From an uncultured Gemmatimonadales bacterium (GTDB taxonomy: Bacteria; Gemmatimonadota; Gemmatimonadetes; Longimicrobiales; RSA9), in assembly GCA_963798845.1 (NCBI GenBank), contig CAWCUS010000001.1, positions 256,001-320,000 on the forward strand: a stretch of 64,000 nucleotides of DNA, in the 5' to 3' direction. The position numbers and the translations under genes were made by a program. The notes beneath the pieces were generated by a model that had not been told where the DNA came from, did no database searches, and saw only the letters and a list, made by a program, of their open reading frames with translations. Each line of letters begins with the position of its first letter. Position 1 is the first letter of the stretch. This document shows, one piece after another, positions 59,080-64,000 of this stretch.

Positions 59080-60612
59080 ATGAAGCGAAGCGTACTGGCG
59101 GTTCTGGCGTTCCTCCTCTTCGGCGTGGCGCCTGCCGTTGCGCAGGAGCCGGATTCGACGCCGGCGACCCGGCCGGATTCGGTTCCGGCGACCCGGCCGG
59201 ATTCGGTTCCGGCGACCCGGCCGGATTCGGTTCCGGTGACCCGGCCGGATTCGGTTCCGGTGATCCTGCCCGATTCGGTTCCTGTGACACCGGCGGATTC
59301 GATTCCGGTGACCCGGCCGGATTCCATTCCGGTGACCCGGCCGGATACGGTTCCGGCGACGCGGCCCGATACGACTTCGGCGACGCCGCCCGATCTCGTG
59401 GACCGGATCGTGGCCGTGGTGGGGGACAGTGTGGTCCTCGCCTCGGACGTCCAGGAGCAGCTCGAGCGCCGCCGGGCCATGGGCGAGAATGTCCCATCCG
59501 AGGGGCCGGCGCTGGAGCAGGCCAGGCAGGACGAGCTGGAGTCGCTCATCAACGAGCTGGTCATGCTGCAGGCGGCCGCCCGAGACTCGATCACGGTCAC
59601 CGACGCGGACGTGCAGGCGCAGGTGGACGCGGCGGTGGCCGAGCAGCAGCGACGCTTCGGCGGCGAGGCCGGGTTCCGGCAGGCGCTGCAGCGGGAGGGG
59701 ATGACGCTGGACCAGTACCGCAGCATGATCGAGGAGAACGTGCGGCGGAGCGGCATCCGGCAGCACTACATGGCCGTGCTCCAGCGGGACCACACGCCGC
59801 CGCCCGTTTCCGAAGCGGAAGTAAAGAAGTTTTTCGAGGAGCGACAGGGGGCGCTGGGCGCCCGACCCGCGACCGTCGAGTTCAAGCAGGTCGTCATCTC
59901 CCCCGAGCCTTCCGACTCGGCCAGGCAGACCGCGCTGGACCAGGCCAACGAGGTGCGCCAGCAGCTGCTCGAAGGCGAGGATTTCGCCCAGCTCGCCCGC
60001 CGCTATTCCGATGACCCGGGGACGAAGGAGAAGGGCGGTGAGCTCGGCTGGTTCCGGCGCGGCCAGTTCGTTCCCGCGTTCGAGCGCGTCGCGTTCGCCC
60101 TGCGACCGGGCCAGATCAGTCCGGTGGTGGAGACCCCGTTCGGCTTCCACATCATCCGTGTGGACAAGGTCAAGGGACCGGAGCGGCAGGCGCGCCACAT
60201 CCTCATCACACCCGAGATCACCGCGGCGGACGAGGCCCGAACCGAAGCGCGCGCGGAGGAAGTTGCGCGCTCGCTCCGCGCCGGCGCGTCCATCGACAGC
60301 ATGATCACGGCCGTGCACGACGGTTCCGAGGAGAGCCACGTCGGCCCCGCGCTCCAGGACTCGCTGCCGCCGCCGTACAACGCCGAGCTCCGCAACGCCT
60401 CCACCGGCGACATCGTCGGTCCGTTCCGGATTCCGGGCCCCCACGAGTCGTACGCCGTGGTCAGGGTCGTGGACGTGAACGCGGCCGGCGCGTACACTCT
60501 GGATGACCCCCAGGTGCGCGAGCAGATCCGGACCTTCATCCAGCAGGACAAGCTGATGAAGGAGGTGCTCGCTGATCTGCGGCGCAGGACGTACATAGAC
60601 ATTCGCAACTGA
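59080..60612 (+). CDS. surA: SurA-like periplasmic chaperone/PPIase with an N-terminal repeat
   Basis: Signal peptide, VDRIVAVV SurA N-domain and parvulin motifs; lies upstream of pdxA. Confidence 0.85.
   Translation: MKRSVLAVLAFLLFGVAPAVAQEPDSTPATRPDSVPATRPDSVPATRPDSVPVTRPDSVPVILPDSVPVTPADSIPVTRPDSIPVTRPDTVPATRPDTTSATPPDLVDRIVAVVGDSVVLASDVQEQLERRRAMGENVPSEGPALEQARQDELESLINELVMLQAAARDSITVTDADVQAQVDAAVAEQQRRFGGEAGFRQALQREGMTLDQYRSMIEENVRRSGIRQHYMAVLQRDHTPPPVSEAEVKKFFEERQGALGARPATVEFKQVVISPEPSDSARQTALDQANEVRQQLLEGEDFAQLARRYSDDPGTKEKGGELGWFRRGQFVPAFERVAFALRPGQISPVVETPFGFHIIRVDKVKGPERQARHILITPEITAADEARTEARAEEVARSLRAGASIDSMITAVHDGSEESHVGPALQDSLPPPYNAELRNASTGDIVGPFRIPGPHESYAVVRVVDVNAAGAYTLDDPQVREQIRTFIQQDKLMKEVLADLRRRTYIDIRN
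59149..59388 (+). repeat. 24-bp coding tandem repeat x10 (consensus PDSVPVTR)
   Basis: Consensus CCGGATTCGGTTCCGGYGACCCGG; ten in-frame units. Confidence 0.95.
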
Positions 60613-60631
60613 ACCGCTCCCATATCGCGTG

Positions 60632-61564
60632 ATGAGCCGCGCGCTTCGCCTCGCCGTGACGCTGGGGGACCCTCGGGGCATCGGCCCCGAGGTCGCCCAC
60701 GCCGCCCTTGCCGCCCCCCATACCGCCGACCTCGTGACGGTCGGTCCCACGGGCGCCGGCGTCGCCCCCGACGTCGCCATCGGGCGCTGGGACCCCGACC
60801 TGGGCGGGCCCTCCGACGCGGGACGCCTCGCTGGGGCGGCCATCGAGCGCGCAACGGAGATGGCGCTGGCCGGCGAGGTGGCCGGAATCGTCACGGCGCC
60901 GATCGACAAGGCGGCGCTCGCCGCGGCCGGGTATCGCTTCCCCGGCCACACCGAGATGCTGCAGTCGCTCACCGGCGCGCCGGAAGTTGTCATGCTCATG
61001 ACCGCGGAGCGCACGCGACTGGGCGGACCCCTTCGCGTGGTCCTCGCCACAACGCACATCGCCCTGGCGGACGTTCCGGCGGCCGTGACCCGGCAGCGAC
61101 TGGTGTCGCAGGCCGCCCTCACTGCGGATGGACTCGCCCGCTGGTGGGGGCTGAACCCTCCCCGTCTGGCGCTGTGCGCGCTCAACCCGCACGCGTCCGA
61201 CGGCGGTCTGTTCGGTGACGAGGAGGCGACTGTGCTGGAGCCGGCGGTGGCGGAGCTCCGCAGCCGAGGCATCGACGCCATCGGCCCGCTTCCGGCCGAC
61301 ACGGTGTTCGTGCGCGCGCTGCGCGGCGATTTCGACGCCGTGATCGCGCCGTACCACGACGTCGGAATGGCGGCGTTCAAGACCGCCAGCTTCGGCGGCG
61401 GGGTGAACGTGACGCTCGGACTCCCCTTCGTTCGCACGTCGCCCGACCACGGCACGGCGCTGGACATCGCGGGCCGCGGCCTGGCCGACGCGTCATCCAT
61501 GCTGGAGGCGGTTCGGCTCGCCGAGCGCCTCGCGGAGAAGCGGGTGGAGGCCGGGGCGCGATGA
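60632..61564 (+). CDS. pdxA: 4-hydroxythreonine-4-phosphate dehydrogenase
   Basis: GDPRGIGPE, GHTE, LNPHA, YHD and RTSPDHGTA motifs. Confidence 0.93.
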   Translation: MSRALRLAVTLGDPRGIGPEVAHAALAAPHTADLVTVGPTGAGVAPDVAIGRWDPDLGGPSDAGRLAGAAIERATEMALAGEVAGIVTAPIDKAALAAAGYRFPGHTEMLQSLTGAPEVVMLMTAERTRLGGPLRVVLATTHIALADVPAAVTRQRLVSQAALTADGLARWWGLNPPRLALCALNPHASDGGLFGDEEATVLEPAVAELRSRGIDAIGPLPADTVFVRALRGDFDAVIAPYHDVGMAAFKTASFGGGVNVTLGLPFVRTSPDHGTALDIAGRGLADASSMLEAVRLAERLAEKRVEAGAR

Positions 61565-62241
61565 TCCGCTTCGAGAATGTGACCCGCGAGTTTCCGCGCG
61601 CAGGCAAGGCCCTGGACGGAGTCACGTTCCGGATCCGGAAGGGCGAGTTCGTGTTTCTCACGGGACACAGCGGTGCCGGCAAGACCACCGTGCTGCGTCT
61701 GATCCATGGCGCGGATCGCCCGACCCGCGGCGAAGTGCGCGTGAGCGGCAATGACGTGGGGCAGCTCGGGCCCAGAGACGTGGCCATGATGCGTCGCAAG
61801 ATCGGCTACGTGTTCCAGGACTTCCGCCTCCTCCAGAACCGCACGGCTGCGGAAAACGTGGCCTTCGCCCTGGAAGTCACCGGTGTCCGCCCGGCGGTGG
61901 TGCGGACGAAGGTCGGTCGGCTCCTGGCGCAGGTCGGGCTGGCCGCACGGGCAAGGGCGCTCCCGTCCGAGCTCTCGGGCGGCGAGCAGCAGCGGGTCGC
62001 GGTGGCAAGGGCGCTGGCGAACGACCCCGTCGTCCTGCTCGCCGATGAGCCCACCGGAAACCTGGACGAGCGGGCGACGCGCGGGGTCTACGACCTCTTC
62101 CGTTCCATCAACGCCTCGGGCACGGCCGTTCTCCTGGCCACCCACGACGGAGACCTGATCCGACACGGCGGCGGAACCCGGGTCATGGAGCTGGATCACG
62201 GCGCTCTCGTCTACGACTCCGACGGACACGGCGCCGACTGA
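61561..62241 (+). CDS. ftsE: Cell division ATP-binding protein FtsE
   Basis: GHSGAGKT, VFQDFRLL, LSGGEQQR and ADEPTGNLD motifs. Confidence 0.93.
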   Translation: MIRFENVTREFPRAGKALDGVTFRIRKGEFVFLTGHSGAGKTTVLRLIHGADRPTRGEVRVSGNDVGQLGPRDVAMMRRKIGYVFQDFRLLQNRTAAENVAFALEVTGVRPAVVRTKVGRLLAQVGLAARARALPSELSGGEQQRVAVARALANDPVVLLADEPTGNLDERATRGVYDLFRSINASGTAVLLATHDGDLIRHGGGTRVMELDHGALVYDSDGHGAD

Positions 62242-63098
62242 TGTCGTACTCCACGCGCGAGGCGTTCGCGGCGTTTCGCCGGGCTCCGCTCCTCGCGGCC
62301 CTGTCGGCGGGGATGATCGCGCTATCCCTTTTCGTGGTGGGTTTGTTCGGCGTCGGCGCCCATAATGTCCGCCTCGTCCTCGACCAGGTGGAGGCCCGCG
62401 TGGAAGTGGTGGCGTACCTGCGCGATGACGCCCTCCCTGACCAGGTGCAGGCGCTCCGGGCGGAGCTCCTGCGCGCCCCGGTCGTGCGCGACGTCGTCTT
62501 GATCTCGCGGCAGCGGGCGCTCGAGGATGCGCGCCAGGAGCTCACCGACTTCCAGGCGTTGTTCGACGACCTGGAGGACAACCCCTTCCCCGCCTCGCTC
62601 CAGATCACGCTTCGACCCGGGCAGCACGATGCGCGTGCCGTGCACGCCCTCGCCGACCTCGCGGCTCAGGCACCCATCGTGGAGGATGTCCGCTACGGCC
62701 GCGACTGGCTCGACAAGGTGTACCTGCTCCGGCGCGTGGCCGGTGCCACGGCCGTGGTCGTGGGCGGGGCGTTCGCCGCCGTGGCCGCCCTGATCATCAG
62801 CGCCGCCATCCGCCTCGCCATCTTCGCCCGTCGCGACGAGATCGCCATCATGCGCCTGGTCGGTGCCACCCACGGCTTCGTGCGCCGGCCTTTCCTCATC
62901 GAGGGATTCATCACCGGTATTCTCGGCTCCGTCCTCGCGCTCCCCGCCACCTACCTGGTCTTCCGCTTCCTGTCGGGATCCGTGGTGCACCTGGAATGGA
63001 TGCCCCGGGGCTGGATCGTGGCCGGGCTCCTCGCAGGCTCGCTGTTGGGCGTGGTCGCCAGCTTACGGGCGGTGCAACGGCACCTGCGCGAGATATGA
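62241..63098 (+). CDS. ftsX: Cell division permease FtsX
   Basis: NPFPAS, RRDEIAIMRLVGAT...RPFLIEG and four TM helices. Confidence 0.93.
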   Translation: MSYSTREAFAAFRRAPLLAALSAGMIALSLFVVGLFGVGAHNVRLVLDQVEARVEVVAYLRDDALPDQVQALRAELLRAPVVRDVVLISRQRALEDARQELTDFQALFDDLEDNPFPASLQITLRPGQHDARAVHALADLAAQAPIVEDVRYGRDWLDKVYLLRRVAGATAVVVGGAFAAVAALIISAAIRLAIFARRDEIAIMRLVGATHGFVRRPFLIEGFITGILGSVLALPATYLVFRFLSGSVVHLEWMPRGWIVAGLLAGSLLGVVASLRAVQRHLREI

Positions 63099-64000
63099 GC
63101 GAGTCGCCCGTCCGGGGGAGCACAGGCCGCCGGCCACGCAGGCACGGTCGACCGCGGCCGCACGCTGTCGCCCGCTTCCTCCCGGCACTCCTGCCTGCCC
63201 TCCTCCTCGCCGCGCTCCCCGCGGCCGGGCAGCAGGACACGCTGCAGCAGCGGATCCGCGCGAGCCAGTCGCGCCTGCAGGAGATCCGGGCCGAGCGCGA
63301 GCGGCTGGAAGGCGAAATGAAGTCGCTCCAGGGGCGCGCCCGGGACCTGTCGGCCGAGCTGTCGAATATCGAGCGCCGGGTTTCCGCGTCCGCCGACGCC
63401 CTGCGCGAGCTGGACTTCCAGACCGCCGCCCTCTCCGCCAGCGCCGACCGGATCACCGGGCAGCTGGTCCAGACGCGCGACAGGCTGCGCGAGCGAACCG
63501 TGGTTCTCGCACGACGGCTCCGGGGAATCTACGAGCAGGGTCCGATGCACACCGCGCGGGTGCTCCTCAGCGCCAGCAGCTTCGGCGACCTCCTCAACCG
63601 CTACAAGTACCTCCACCTCATCTCCGTCCACGACCGCATGCTGGTCAACGAGATCGGCACCCTCGAGAAGCGGCTCAGCGAGCAGGACCAGACCCTCCGC
63701 TCCAGCCTCGCTCAGATCGAGCGGGTTCGGGTCGAGAAGCTCTCCGAGTTCGCGCGCCTCCAGAACCTCGAGCAGTCCCGCAGCCAGACGCTCCGCACCG
63801 TGCGCGGCCGCGTCTCTCGGGCCGAGCAGCGCATGGAGCAGCTCGCCGCCGACGAGCGGCGCCTCAATGGCCTCGTCGACCAGCTCGAACGCGCCCGCAT
63901 CGAAGCCGAGCGGCGCCGAACGGCTGCCGGTGCGGCGGCCGCCGGAGCCACACTCTCCGCGGGCGAGATGGGCACCCTGCACTGGCCGCTCCAGGGCCGG
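63095..64000 (+). CDS. envC: Murein hydrolase activator EnvC-like protein, truncated by the window end
   Basis: Own translation (absent from the ORF track): signal-like segment, long coiled coil, then GTLHWPLQGR at the start of an M23-like domain; follows ftsEX. Confidence 0.85.
   Translation, partial: MSESPVRGSTGRRPRRHGRPRPHAVARFLPALLPALLLAALPAAGQQDTLQQRIRASQSRLQEIRAERERLEGEMKSLQGRARDLSAELSNIERRVSASADALRELDFQTAALSASADRITGQLVQTRDRLRERTVVLARRLRGIYEQGPMHTARVLLSASSFGDLLNRYKYLHLISVHDRMLVNEIGTLEKRLSEQDQTLRSSLAQIERVRVEKLSEFARLQNLEQSRSQTLRTVRGRVSRAEQRMEQLAADERRLNGLVDQLERARIEAERRRTAAGAAAAGATLSAGEMGTLHWPLQGR

Noticed and set aside
59149..59388. Possible CRISPR array
   Set aside because: Contiguous in-frame repeats with no spacers, and no cas genes in the window.
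1..64000. Prophage, IS element, defence island, tRNA or rRNA genes
   Set aside because: No integrase, transposase, phage or recognisable defence genes, and no tRNA or rRNA-like sequence seen by eye.

Overview
High-GC bacterial chromosome segment, densely coding with about 59 genes. The gene content and order suggest Gemmatimonadota, but this is inference and was not verified by search. Housekeeping genes dominate: gmhA, alaS, recA, ltaE, sodA, glpK, maf, dtd, glmS, glmM, purD, mutM, pruA, lepA, mfd, two SurA/PpiC foldases, pdxA and ftsE-ftsX-envC. No rRNA, tRNA, CRISPR array, integrase or transposase was seen. Four signals go beyond routine annotation. (1) An identical 16-bp motif, CCGAACAAATGCCGAA (GAAC-N7-GAAS direct-repeat form), sits in the promoters of recA and a UvrC/Cho-like gene and is a candidate SOS operator. 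(2) A GAAAC-N17-CGTA ECF promoter motif occurs three times: before the ECF sigma gene, over its stop codon, and before an M48 protease gene. (3) A STAS-GHKL kinase and a STAS-wHTH protein are translationally coupled to a PfkB sugar kinase that follows a ROK kinase, a possible undescribed Ser-phosphorylation regulatory system. (4) Exported proteins are rich in the Bacteroidota-type O-glycosylation sequon D-(S/T)-(A/I/L/V/M/T), including a 10x tandem repeat in SurA. Start codons were chosen by eye; all product calls rest on motif recognition only.
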